Origin: Eledone cirrhosa
Taxonomy: Eukaryota
Direction: 5' to 3'
Length of the DNA: 64,000 bases
Assembly (NCBI GenBank): GCA_964016885.1
Contig: OZ024762.1
Span: 15,252,001 to 15,316,000 of the forward strand
Part shown: piece by piece, positions 27,098 to 40,311 of the stretch
How the letters are laid out: each line of letters opens with the position of its first letter
Numbering within the stretch: the stretch's first letter is position 1
Position numbers and translations under genes: made by a program
The notes under the pieces: generated by a model
What the model was told of the DNA's origin: nothing
Seen by the model: only the letters and a program-made list of their open reading frames with translations
Databases searched by the model: none

Positions 27098-28742
27098 ATG
27101 CAAATAGACTTAGAATGGAAAACATTCAGACAGAGAAGAATGGATAATGGGAATGTAGAAGAATTTCATATTAGTGATATGAATGTTTCGTGTGATCACT
27201 GTGGAGCTTTGAAATTTAGAAATGAAAATTGTAACTGTGGTAATAAAGGAAAGGTTGTGTTGCCTCCATTGCAAATATACCCTGAGAGACTGAGAAATCT
27301 CTTTGAAAGAGACCAGGAAGCAGTTGATTTCCAGAAACATCTGCAATTAAAACTACATTCATTTCACTTCATTTGGTGTTAAACTTGCCTTACCACCCGG
27401 CAGAGGCCCGTATAGCTTTCATATTCAGGGTCAAACATATCACTACACCCCCACTTCTGTAACCTGCAGAAAATACACCACAATATGGCCAGTTATATAT
27501 TATTGATGGGAATGAAGGTGTGTAGCACAGATTGGAAGTACCACCAAATAATTGTTTCTGGCATAAGGCCAGCAATTACTGGTACTTTATTCTATCGACC
27601 TCATAAGGATGAAAACAAAGTCAACCTTGGAGGGATTTGAACCCAGAACGTAAAGGGCCATAACCCTATGCTGTAAAGCATGGTGTCTGACGCTCTACCG
27701 ATACTGCCAATCCACCACCCTAGTACCAACAAATAATGACTGCTCACCACAAAAAATACTATGATAAGAGAGGTGTTGCATGAATGTAATCCATATGTCG
27801 AAGTGTATAATACAATGCATGGCATCAAACAGCAAAGTGCAAGAAGAGAAAATTGTCGTGTACAGACTGTGAATTAAGATATAGAAGACGATCAGATATG
27901 AGCTGCTATAATTTACCAACTAGTAATGATAGATCTTGTTTTGTGGGGGATTGAGGGCACACCACATGTACAAAGAGATATTATCATCTTTCCTAAAGAC
28001 CATACTCCTCAGAAAATACCACATAATTCATGCCACTTGGACCTCACGACCGACCCATAATGGTTAATTTTAGTGGCATAGTGACATGGAGAGGAATGCA
28101 GGACCTGTGTTTGCAATAGACTGACAATGCAGGAGTATTACATATACTGTATAGCATATAGAGGAGGATTTAGTGCGATATATAGGGCAGGTAAATTATT
28201 TTAGCAGTATTTAGTGGAAGCCTATATGAAAGTAGAGGGATGCAGGCTTCAATATTTGAGGAACAATCAAGCCCAATTGTGAGTGGATGAGTATAATGGT
28301 TTAATGAATTATCTAAACAGATGATAACACTGAGCCTTAAGAAATGAAGACAAGATAAGAAACAGAGAAGACATTGACAAACTCCAATTAAAAGCAGGAT
28401 CAATAATAATGCTTCTATGGAATATTTCAATCCAGAACAGATTATGTAATGGCACAAGATTAGAAGTAGTGGAACTGCATAAACATTTTATCGAAGCTTC
28501 TCATATCTATGGTCCTTTGATGGGCAGGTGTGTTTTGATCCCAAGACTGAAGTTAGCCCCCAGTGGTGCCAACATCCCTTTTACTTTGGAAAGACCCCAG
28601 TTTCCATTAAGACTGTCATATGCCATGACAATCAACAAGAACCATGGTCAAATACATGATAAAGTGGGTCTGTTTCTCCCTGAGCAAGTATTTAACCCTG
28701 GACAATTGTATGTTGCTTTTTAAAGAGTTCACAGACAAATGT
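27098..28742 (+). mobile_element. Helitron RepHel remnant (unit 4)
   Basis: Copy of 1296-2965. Confidence 0.9.
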
Positions 28743-31707
28743 AAAAATTAATCCTACCAACCCCACCACTCCTACAACTGTTAGCCCACCCCCAGCACCA
28801 CCCAACCTCTGTTCTAGTCCCACCGTTAGAACCAATTCTGCTTACCCAGCTTCTTTTACTAGTTCACTCACTCCGTCGCTCGAATTTCAAAGCTGGCCCT
28901 CTACACTTGGTCGTTGCCAGGTCACCACCTGATTGTGCTCTCTGTGTCTGCATTAGCCGGTACCTAAACACAATGAAATGTCACCTGTGCTACCAAAACT
29001 ACCACAGGAACTGTGTCGGCATCAGCAAGGCTTCAATACTAGACCTTTAATCAGCGCCACTTTAGCTCCGACGACCAGCTCTCTACCGAGTGTGTGTTGG
29101 TGGAGGGGGACATGAGACCAGCAAAGTCGTAGGAGTAGAGACTAGTAAATAATATACGGTCCTAGCTATGTTAAGAATATATATAAGAAACATGTTCTTT
29201 ACATTTAAGAAGACAAGAGAAATAAATATTTACCTCTTTCATGTAGGTAATATAGCGGTGTTATAAAACTAATTATACGACCGGTGTAACAGTCGGTAAA
29301 AAATGAAAGATGTAGAAATAAAAGTTTTAACAATGACATGAATAAAGATACAGTAATTTAATATGAGCAAGAATAAATATTTAATGGAATTAAATGTAAT
29401 TTAATAAGAAATAAGTAAAAGAGTGAATTGCTTAGGTAAAAGAAAAAAGCAAAATGAAGAAACAGAAAATTTGGTTTGTCTTTATAAACCTTATTTAGAC
29501 TAATTAATCGGGCTGGAAGAAGTTTATGGAGCTGCTTCCTCTCGTGACAAAGAAGGGTTTCTCACTGCGTACAAAAGGTTGGTTGTTTGATGCCTGTGTG
29601 AGATGCACAATGTTGCATGGTAGTGAGACATGGGCAGCAACTGCAGAGGATATGCGAAGGCTGGAGAGAAATGAAGCAAACATGCTCCATTGGATGTGCA
29701 ATGTCAATGTGCGCGAAAGACCAAGCATGGACGAGTTGAGAGTGAAACTCTATAAGAAGGATAAACTGTAGTGTGCGGGAGAGAAGACTGTGTTGGTATG
29801 GCCATGCGATGCGTATGCAGGATTACCGCAGGGTGAAGAAGTGCCAAGTAATCCCAGTGGGAGGAAGACGCAGTAGAGGAAGACCAAGCAAGATATGGGC
29901 AGAGGTAGTGAGAGCTGACCTCAGATCGTTGAAGCTCAGAGGAGATGATGAAGGAGAGATGCTGCGCTGAAGAGGATCTGTCCCACCCTTATAAGCAGGG
30001 AAAAGTGGATGTATAATGATGATGATATATATATGTCCCACCCTTGCAAAAAGGAAAAAGCAGACGTAAAATGAAAATGCTGATATATATAGATAGATAT
30101 GTATATATATATATATACTTATACGTCATGGTGGCTACAGGTGCCAAGAGGAAGAAGCCGGACAATCCTCTGATATTTGTTTATCTTCCTTTCCTTCGTG
30201 GGCCGCGGTAGCCGGGTTTGTGGCCGAAGCAACCAAGTTGAAATCGGCTACCGGTGGTTGATATCACCAGGTTAGGAAACCCTGGTTTAGTAGCTCCAGT
30301 TATTACTTCGTTAGATATAGTCCGTAATTGAAATTAAAGCCTAAAGGTGTACTAAAGCCACAAACGTTTTTCTATCTATGAATTATTAGTGGTGTAAAGA
30401 GATGAATTAAAGTCAAAGCTAATAAATATATCACCAAGAAGAATATCTAAGGATTTCCAAAGTGTAAAGTCAGCTCAAGCCTGGAGACTTATCAAGCAGG
30501 TGCCTGTCCCAGTTCCTGTAGCGTAAAGGGACTGAGAGTACTTGACTTCCCCCTGGACATGATGTCAGTCCATCGCAGGGTTAACACCCCACCTATATGA
30601 AATGAAGTTTTTGTTCAAGTAAAACAACTAACAACGCAGTCCAGGAATCGAATACATATATGATCGTAAGACCAACACACTTACCACAAGAATTATTTTA
30701 ACAAGCCTACATCCTACTGAGCCCAAGAAAGGGGCCTCATAACTAGAACAGGCATCATTTGTCCTAAACACGGAGCTGACTTTACATATAATTATATATA
30801 TATATATATATAATTATATATATATATATAGTATGTGTGTGTGTATGAAGATGTATGACCCCCTAGCAAGCCAAACTACAGTTACTCCCCAACATGGACA
30901 GCAAATTAAAATATTACCTGTTAGAGACGAACGTGAAATGATTTGTTAGTGAACTACCGGTGTAACAGTAATTATGTTACCGGTGTAACTATTTCTGTTT
31001 ACCTTATTTTTAAATCACACTCCTATATTAGTTTAGTGACCTTTCAATTCAAATAAATTCTTGATGATGAATGAACTCGTATCGGAGTAGCCCAACGCCT
31101 TGGCCTCCGCGTGTGTGAGCCACATAAATGGTCTCAACGACATAGTGAGAAGAAGCCTGGACGCAGCTGAATTTCCATCTCAACTGGAGCCAGCAGGCCT
31201 AGGCCGCGGAGATGGCAAGCACCCCGAGGGAATCACCCTCTTCCCATTCGAAGGAGGTAGATCCACAAACCCCAGCATCGCAGCCCGTCTCGCAGATGAA
31301 CATAAAATAAACAAATTCCGGTGTTTGTCCTGGAGCTTCTTCTACGCACCAGTCGCTGTCGAGACCCCCAGGCCTACTTGGACCCATTACAGCCGAGCTC
31401 CTCCGCAACATCGGAGTGTCTGTGGCCCGTCTGAAGATGAAGTGCCACGAGGTTGGATGGTTGTTGCAGCAGGTGTCACTGCCCTTACTTATATATACGT
31501 AAATGTTCCCTTGACTGCTATTTCTAGCATATATTAATAGACACTTTAGAAACAGCAGCTAAAAAGCAGGAAACAACAGTGGGTGTCTGTATATATATAC
31601 ACAGAGAGAAAAAGAGAGAGAGAGAGAGAGATAGAGAGAGCAGCCAAAGACACACACACACGCACATACACACAGGTGTATGTATATATATGTGTGTGTC
31701 TTTGCGT

Positions 31708-31746
<39 letters not shown>

Positions 31747-32459
31747 TTATATCAGTGATCCCCTTCGCAACCTTTAATTAAACAAACCTGCGATGAGGCG
31801 ATGATCAAAATAACCACCAAAATGTCAACAAACGGATACACGATAACATGTGTAGACGAAGTAAAACTTTTATTACTGTAATATAAAGTAGAAACCCTTT
31901 ATTTAAACAAAGCTGCGATGCAGCAATGATCAAAAGAAACTTCAAAATGTAAACAAACTTCTCGTAGGTGCTGCCAGATACACGATAACATGTGTATACG
32001 AAGTGTATCTGGAAGTTTGGTCGTATTATATCGCTTTCAAATTGACCCCTATTATATTCAAATTATCCCCTGTGGGGCGTGCACCCCACGTTGAGAATCC
32101 CTCATAAATAAATATATGTGAGTGTGTTGCTATGACTGCTATTTCTAGCATGTTTACTGCTGTCCTGTAGACGCACAACGAAAACCGGAAGTGGCAGCCA
32201 TTAAAAAACTTTGGCTTAAAATCAGGCAAAAGTTTTTTAACAATTTGCCAAGAAAGATAACTGTTGTCTTACTTAATCGCAAAAATCGAGGCAAAAATTT
32301 TGCGGGTGTGCAGTCTGTTTGGTGTATTTGACTGCTATTTCTAGCATGTATGGACGCTTTAGAAATAGCAGCGAAACACGGAAAACAGCAGAAAGAAGGA
32401 CACACACCTATATATATATATATATATATAGGTGTGTGTCCTTCTTTCTGCTGTATATA

Positions 32460-32511
<52 letters not shown>

Positions 32512-32593
32512 CCAGGTATACACTCACCCATACATATATATACGCGTGTATATATATATAAATATATATATTTAAATGTATATATATCTGTGC

Positions 32594-32625
<32 letters not shown>

Positions 32626-35521
32626 ATACAGATACATAATTATATATATATATACGTGTGTGTCCTTCTTTCTGTTGTTTTCCCTGTTTCGCTGCTATTT
32701 CTAAAGCGTCCATACATGCTAGAAATAGCAGTCGAATACACCAAACAAACTGCACACCCGCAAAATTTTTGCCTCGATTTTTGCGATTAAGTAAGACAAG
32801 AGTTATCTTTCTTGGCAAATTGTTAAAAAACTTTTGCCTGATTTTAAGCCAAAGTTTTTTAATGGCTGCCACTTCCGGTTTTCGTTGTGCGTCTACAGGA
32901 CAGCAGTAAACCTGCTAGAAATAGCAGTCAAATACACCAAACAAACTGCACACCCGCAACATTTTTGCCTCGATTTTTGCGATTAAGTAAGACAACAGTT
33001 ATCTTTCTTGGCAAAACAGCCTGGTTTGTTAAAAAAATTTTGCCTGATTTTAAGCCAAAGTTTTTTAATGGCTGCCACTTCCGGTTTTCGTTGTGCGTCT
33101 ACAGGACAGCAGTAAACCTGCTAGAAATAGCAGTCATAGCAACACACTCACATATATTTATTTATGAGGGATTCTCAACGTGGGGTGCACGCCCCACAGG
33201 GGATAATTTGAATATAATAGGGGTCAATTTGAAAGTGATATAATACGACCAAACTTCCAGATCCACTTCGTATACACATGTTATCGTGTATCTGGCAGCA
33301 CCTGCGAGAAGTTTGTTTACATTTTGGGGTTTGCTTTGATCATCGCTGCATCGCAGCTTTGTTTAAATAAAGGGTTTCTACTTTATATTACAGTCATAAC
33401 ACTTTTACAAGACTCGGATTGTTTTTATATTAAAGGGGGGACATAAACATATTTTAAATATCGAGGTGGGGCATGGTGCAGAGAAGGTTTTAAACCACTG
33501 ATATATATTTATTTATGCCCTTCTTTCTGTTGTTTTTTAAACTCTGAACTCAGTATTTTTCTGTTGTTCTCCGGGATTCTAGCAAAGTATAACAATATAT
33601 ATATATATATATATATATGGCAGTCAACCTCAGACTCGAAAAAGCCGCCGCTAATCGTGATCGTTGGGGTTATAATTAGACTAAAGTGCTTCCACTGGGC
33701 ACCATTAGCTGGTTGTGATCATTGGAGAATTCTTTCTGCGCTGAAAGAGCCTAGGACTAAAAGATATATATATAGATGTCGAAACGGCAGTAGCACAGCC
33801 GTTGGGGTCCTGAATATTTTCACATCTATATATATGTGTGTATTCTGCGATATTTATAATTACATAAGTAAACATATTTGAATAACAAAATTTGAGGTTT
33901 AAATACTTTATTTTTTACCAATAACATACAGAAAGGCATGAATAACACCACATGTTAATTACTTTAATATTGAAAGTAGGCTTATAAATATTAAATTCAG
34001 CAGATTTTTGTAGCCTTCATGGTGGTCTGGTGGGTGATACCAGAGATGGTGGAGGTCCTGGTCTCGGGTTCAATACTGTTCATGGGTTACATATAAGGTT
34101 TCATGCTTTTTTTTATATATATCCCCCTTTCTTCTTATCCCTAGATATAAATATATATACATAAGGTAATTTGGTAGAATTGTTACAACATCCGATAAAA
34201 TTCTTTGCAGTATTTTTCCAGTTCTTTACTCCGAGTTCAACTTTACCTTTCTTCCATTCGGTGTCGATAAGTCTTGAATATGTCTAACGTAGCAACAACT
34301 GGAGCTACTTAACCAAGTTTTCCCAACCTAGTTGATATCACCTGCCGGTTGGCGATTTAAATTGTTGGCTGGGACAATGACCAACTAATCAGTCAGATTC
34401 CAACTCACTATGTCTGGCATATATTTTATACTTTATATTTCAATGAAGTTCTGTAAGTAACCTGGTGGCTTAGATGGCAATACTGCTCGAATAGATGGCT
34501 TCTATTATGAAGTTATAAGTTCATTCCCTATCCACGATTGTAGAATTAATTTTATTTAGTTATTATTTAATCAATTCTTTTAACAAACAAATTATATCTA
34601 TAAAACGCCAAATATAGTGAGTTCAAATCTGACTGACATGCATGGTATATATTTATGTTTCATTATACAGCGAACTTATAAAGATATGTATATATTGTCC
34701 AGGAGTTTCGAGTTTAGTGGGAATTGGTACAATTCTCAATTGGAGCTAGTCCCTGCAAGATCAGCATAAATAATGTTATACCTTTTCATGAAATCTTGCA
34801 CACCCGATATTTTATACATGATTATTTAAAGGTGAACAAAAACCAAAGAACATTGAGCAGCATTTCTCAACCTTTCTACCCATGTTGATCTCTTGAAATA
34901 GTTTTTATGTCTGAGGGAAGCCCTGCATAAAATATACTTTTTCTATCTCTAGAGCAGTGGTTCCCAAATCGTGTGCTGCGAGATGAAACTAGATGAGCTG
35001 CAAAAGACTAAGATTAAGTTTTAAGATGTGAAAAATATAAAACTGAAATTTCATATAAAAGTTCAAATATAGCTACAGCCACAAACCTAGGCTCCACACC
35101 CCGCAACGCAGAGGAGAGTACGACAGTACCGAGGCCTGACTCACCTCTTCCACTCCATTGAGACCTCTGCCATACTTGGTCCCCGTACTGCTGATTTCCT
35201 CCATAAAGTCGGGAGGAAAGACGGCAGGTGCGACTATTGTAGCAGGTGTTTCTGTTCTTGCTCCGAGGTAACGCTTTTACGTTTCTTCCACGGGTTGCGG
35301 CTGAGGGACCACTTAGACTGGGGTGAAGTGTCTGTCACTCCCCCGACTTCTTATTTCTTTTTTTTCTCCTTTTCATTTTCTTTTCTCTTCTTGCTTATCT
35401 CTGCTATACCACGGCATCAAAAACATATATGATATATGTATGTATGGTATAGGTGTATTTATATTGAGGATAGTTATCGAAGGTAAATAGACTGGTTGGA
35501 ACAATAACAGACTTGTTTATG

Positions 35522-35565
<44 letters not shown>

Positions 35566-35666
35566 TGTTCTTGTATTTCCATAGAAAAGGTAAAGAAAAG
35601 AAGAATGCTCTATGTATTGTACAGAGCTATTTAATTACATAATAAACAACTGAATATAATTATTCC

Positions 35667-37312
35667 ATGCAAATAGACTTAGAATGGAAAACATTCAGAC
35701 AGAGAAGAATGGATAATGGGAATGTAGAAGAATTTCATATTAGTGATATGAATGTTTCGTGTGATCACTGTGGAGCTTTGAAATTTAGAAATGAAAATTG
35801 TAACTGTTGTAATAAAGGAAAGGTTGTGTTGCCTCCATTGCAAATATACCCTGAGAGACTGAGAAATCTCTTTGAAAGAGGCCAGGAAGCAGTTGATTTC
35901 ACAGAAACATCTGCAATTAAAACTACATTCATTTCACTTCATTTGGTGTTAAACTTGCCTTACCACCCGGCAGAGGCCCGTATAGCTTTCATATTCAGGG
36001 TCAAACATATCACTACACCCCCACTTCTGTAACCTGCAGAAAATACACCACAATATGGCCAGTTATATATTATTGATGGGAATGAAGGTGTGTAGCACAG
36101 ATTGGAAGTACCACCAAATAATTGTTTCTGGCATAAGGCCAGCAATTACTGGTACTTTATTCTATCGACCTCATAAGGATGAAAACAAAGTCAACCTTGG
36201 AGGGATTTGAACCCAGAACGTAAAGGGCCATAACCCTATGCTGTAAAGCATGGTGTCTGACGCTCTACCGATACTGCCAATCCACTGCCCTAGTACCAAC
36301 AAATAATGACTGTTCACCACAAAAAATGACTATGATAAGAGAGGTGTTGCATGAATGTAATCCATATGTCGAAGTGTATAATACAATGCATGGCATCAAA
36401 CAGCAAAGTGCAAGAAGAGAAAATTGTCGTGTACAGACTGTGAATTAAGATATAGAAGACGATCAGATATGAGCTGCTATAATTTACCAACTAGTAATGA
36501 TAGATCTTGTTTTGTGGGGGATTGAGGGCACACCACCTGTACAAAGAGATATTATCATCTTTCCTAAAGACCATCCTCCTCAGAAAATACCACATAATTC
36601 ATGCCACTTAGACCTCACGACCGACTCATAATGGTTAATTTTAGTGGCATAGTGACATGGAGAGGAATGCAGGACCTGTGTTTGCAATAGACTGACAATG
36701 CAGGAGTATTACATATACTGTATAGCATATAGAGGAGGATTTAGTGCGATATATAGGGCAGGTAAATTATTTTAGCAGTATTTAGTGGAAGCCTATATGA
36801 AAGTAGAGGGATGCAGGCTTCAATATTTGAGGAACAATCAAGCCCAATTGTGAGTGGATGAGTATAATGGTTTAATGAATTATCTAAACAGATGATAACA
36901 CTGAGCCTTAAGAAATGAAGACAAGATAAGAAACAGAGAAGACATTGACAAACTCCAATTAAAAGCAGGATCAATAATAATGCTTCTATGGAATATTTCA
37001 ATCCAGAACAGATTATGTAATGGCACAAGATTAGAAGTAGTGGAACTGCATAAACATTTTATCGAAGCTTCTCATATCTATGGTCCTTTGATGGGCAGGT
37101 GTGTTTTGATCCCAAGACTGAAGTTAGCCCCCAGTGGTGCCAACATCCCTTTTACTTTGGAAAGACCCCAGTTTCCATTAAGACTGTCATATGCCATGAC
37201 AATCAACAAGAACCATGGTCAAATACATGATAAAGTGGGTCTGTTTCTCCCTGAGCAAGTATTTAACCCTGGAGAATTGTATGTTGCTTTTTCAAGAGTT
37301 CAGACAGATGTA
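35667..37312 (+). mobile_element. Helitron RepHel remnant (unit 5)
   Basis: Copy of 1296-2965. Confidence 0.9.
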
Positions 37313-38251
37313 AAAATTAATCCTACCAACCCCACCACTCCTACAAATGTTAGCCCACCCCCAGCACCACCCAACCTCTGTTCTAGTCCCACCGTTAGAA
37401 CCAATGCTGCTTACCCAGCCTCTTTTACTAGTTCACTCACTCCGTCGCTCGAATTTCAAAGCTGGCCCTCTACACTTGGTCATTGCCAGGTCACCACCTG
37501 ATTGTGCTCTCTGTGTCTGCATTAGCCGGTACCTAAACACAATGAAATGTCACCTGTGCTACCAAAACTACCACAGGAACTGTGTCGGCATCAGCAAGGC
37601 TTCAATACTAGACCTTTAATCAGGGCCACTTTAGCTCCGACGACCAGCTCTCTACCGAGTGTGTGTTGGTGGAGTGGACATGAGACCAGCAAAGTCGTAG
37701 GAGTAGAGACTAGTAAATAATATACGGTCCTAGCTATGTTAAGAATATATATAAGAAACATGTTCTTTACATTTAAGAAGACAAGAGAAATAAATATTTA
37801 CCTCTTTCATGTAGGTAATATAGCGGTGTTATAAAACTAATTATACGACCGGTGTAACAGTCGGTATAAATGAAAGATGTAGAAATAAAAGTTTTAACAA
37901 TGATATGAATTTAATATGAGCAAGAATAAATATTTAATGGAATTAAATGTAATTTAATAAGAAATAAGTAAAAGAGTGAATTGCTTAGGTAAAAGAAAAA
38001 AGCAAAATGAAGAAACAGAAAATTTGGTTTGTCTTTATAAACCTTATTTAGACTAATTAATCGGGCTGGAAGAAGTTTATGGAGCTGCTTCCTCTCGTGA
38101 CAAAGAAGGGTTTCTCCCTGCGTACAAAAGGTTGGTTGTTTGATGCCTGTGTGAGATGCACAATGTTGCATGGTAGTGAGACATGGGCAGCAACTGCAGA
38201 GGATATGCGAAGGCTGGAGAGAAATGAAGCAAACATGCCCCATTGGATGTG

Positions 38252-38612
38252 GAGGGGGGGGGGTGTATTTTGTTCGAGGTGCCTACTGACTGTAGGTTTC
38301 GCTTTGTACTTAGGCAAAGCGGGTCTTCTGTATTACTGTGTAGCGCCAAAGATCTCGGTCCAGTGACATTGTCTTGGAGAGATGTAAGAGTGTGAGGTCG
38401 GAATTTATCAAGTCGTCCCAGGTTTTTCTGGGTCTGCCTACTCCGTGGCTGCCGTCTATTTTTATCACCCTGCACTTTTTTATACAGCTGTCGTCTTTCA
38501 TGCGTATCACGTGACCATACCAACGTAGTCTTCTCTCGAGTAAACAGCATCTGATCCCTCTTATTCCTAATTTCTCACTTAGTTCATTTATGCTTTGCCG
38601 TTCACGTATGTG
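38252..38612 (-). mobile_element. RTE LINE 3' fragment abutting the end of the array
   Basis: IRERQSINELSEKLGIRGI..ERRLRWYGHVIRM..GRPRKTW..DRDLWR. Confidence 0.88.
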
Positions 38613-38712
38613 TATACACATGTATATACACAAACACACACATATACACATATGTCAGCGCGTTGAAACAATCCTAGGTTATATATAAACCCGTTGTTGG
38701 CTAGAAACTGAC

Positions 38713-38820
38713 CTGAGAGAATTGTTTCATATAGAGGGAGACAGCGATGGCCATCTTCCAATCTCCTTGCTGAACACATTTCTGTAATAACTTCAATGGC
38801 AGAAACCAATCTGGTATATA
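38713..38820 (-). CDS. RCC1-repeat protein, internal exon F (no stop; the gene would continue toward the array)
   Basis: ttctattccAG|YIPDWFLPLKLLQKCVQQGDWKMAIAVSLYMKQFSQ|GTCAGT; 108 nt, open, phase 0-0. Confidence 0.72.
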
Positions 38821-38837
38821 CTGGAATAGAAGATATA

Positions 38838-39532
38838 CGGTGGTGTAGTAGTGGTGGTGGTGGTGGTAGTGGTGTAGTGGTGGTGGTAGTGGTGGTGGTG
38901 TAGTGGTGGTAGTGGTGTAGTGGTGGTGGTAGTGGTGGTGGTGTAGTGGTGGTGGTGTAGTGGTGGTAGTGGTGGTGGTGTAGTGGTGGTGGTGGTGTAG
39001 TGGTGGTGGTGGTGTAGTGGTGGTGTAGTGGCGGTGTAGTGGTGGTGTAGTGGTGGTGGTGGTGTAGTGGTGGTGTAGTGGTGGTGTAGTGGTGGTGTAG
39101 TGGGGAACACCAATCTGGTATATACTGGAATAGAAGATATACGGTGGTGTAGTGGTGGTGGTGGTGGTGGTGTAGTGGTGGTGTGGTGGTGGTGTAGTGG
39201 TGGTGGTGTAGTGGTGGTGTGGTGGTGGTGTAGTGGGGAACACCAATCTGGTATATACTGGAATAGAAGATATACGGTGGTGTAGTGGTGGTAGTGGTGG
39301 TAGTGGTGGTGGTAGTGGTGGTAGTGTAGTGGTGGTAGTGGTGTTGGTGTAGTGGTGGTGGTGTAGTGGTGGTAGTGGTGGTGGTGGTGGTGGTGGTGTG
39401 GTGGTGGTGTAGTGGTGGTGGTGGTGTAGTGGTGGTAGTGGTGGTGGTGTAGTGGTGGTGGTGGTAGTGGTGGTGGTGGTAGTGGTGGTGGTGGTGTAGT
39501 GGTGGTGGTGGTGGTGGTGGTGGTGTAGTGGT
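38838..39532. repeat. (TGG/TAG)-type degenerate triplet tract with two embedded copies of the exon F acceptor
   Basis: gtagtggtggtg runs; ccaatctggtatatactggaatagaagatatacgg recurs at ~39110 and ~39243. Confidence 0.95.
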
Positions 39533-39643
39533 ACACCACTTACCATAACTCTAGCAACCCACCACAATTATTTCCTACTGAATCTCATATTTGTTAAGTC
39601 TATTTAACGTAGAGATTATAGTATCAATGACTTGCTGTAGCTT

Positions 39644-39890
39644 ATAGGGTAGGTTACCATAGGGTAGGTTACCATAGGGCAGGTTAATATAGGGTAGGTT
39701 ACTATAGGGTAGGTTACTATAGGGTAGGTTACTGTAGGGTAGGTTACCATAGGGTAGGTTACTGTAGGGTAGGTTACTATAGGGTAGGTTACTATAGGGT
39801 AGGTTAATATATGGTAGGTTAATCTAGGGTAGGTTACTGTAGGGTAGGTTAATATAGGGTAGGTTAATATAGGGTAGGTTACCATAGGGT
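39644..39890. repeat. 15-bp minisatellite (atagggtaggttacy), about 16 copies
   Basis: 15-nt period visible directly in the sequence. Confidence 0.95.
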
Positions 39891-40167
39891 CATTAAGGTT
39901 AGGCTAGGCTGGTTTACTCAGTCAGTTAGAACTCACTTGCGACTGAAATGTTTTAGTGCCCCACTAAATATTTTGAATTATTTCCCTTGCAACTGCTTTA
40001 TTTTTTTTGGGGGGGCGGGATCATCCTATCCAGCCAATATAGGCCTAAACCTGAATTATACCTCAGAATTTTAGGAGTCAACCTATGCGCCGGATCGACT
40101 TGTACGCTGGCATATATGTTATATATAGAAAGGATGTAAAATGTGATTAGAAGGGGAGGTAACTCAC

Positions 40168-40269
40168 CCGCAGTAATACAGGCACCACCTGTCTTCCATA
40201 CTTTATTAAACCAACGGAAGATAAATCTGGGATTTTGATTTGGGACATTTGATAGAAGTCTTCAGAATC
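40168..40269 (-). CDS. RCC1-repeat protein, internal exon E
   Basis: atttccAG|DSEDFYQMSQIKIPDLSSVGLIKYGRQVVPVLLR|GTGAGT; 102 nt, open, phase 0-0. Confidence 0.72.
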
Positions 40270-40311
40270 CTGGAAATAATGGAGAGAAGATTTTATAGAA
40301 ATAAATTATTA

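Larger units (their letters stand above)
1..38251. repeat. Head-to-tail tandem array (macrosatellite) of an ~8.6 kb unit; units start at 1, 8613, 17212, 25807, 34365 (last one partial, ends ~38251)
   Basis: The anchor ttggctgggacaatgac recurs at these positions and the ORF track repeats with an ~8.6 kb period. Copies differ only by scattered SNPs, small indels and microsatellite length. The array runs off the left edge of the window. Confidence 0.98.

Noticed and set aside
36980-37501. 173-aa ORF fusing the helicase tail to a Pro-rich segment in unit 5
   Set aside because: Created by a small deletion private to one unit; there is no evidence it is a functional gene.
39644-39890. Interstitial telomere
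   Set aside because: The unit is a 15-mer containing TAGGG, not tandem TTAGGG.
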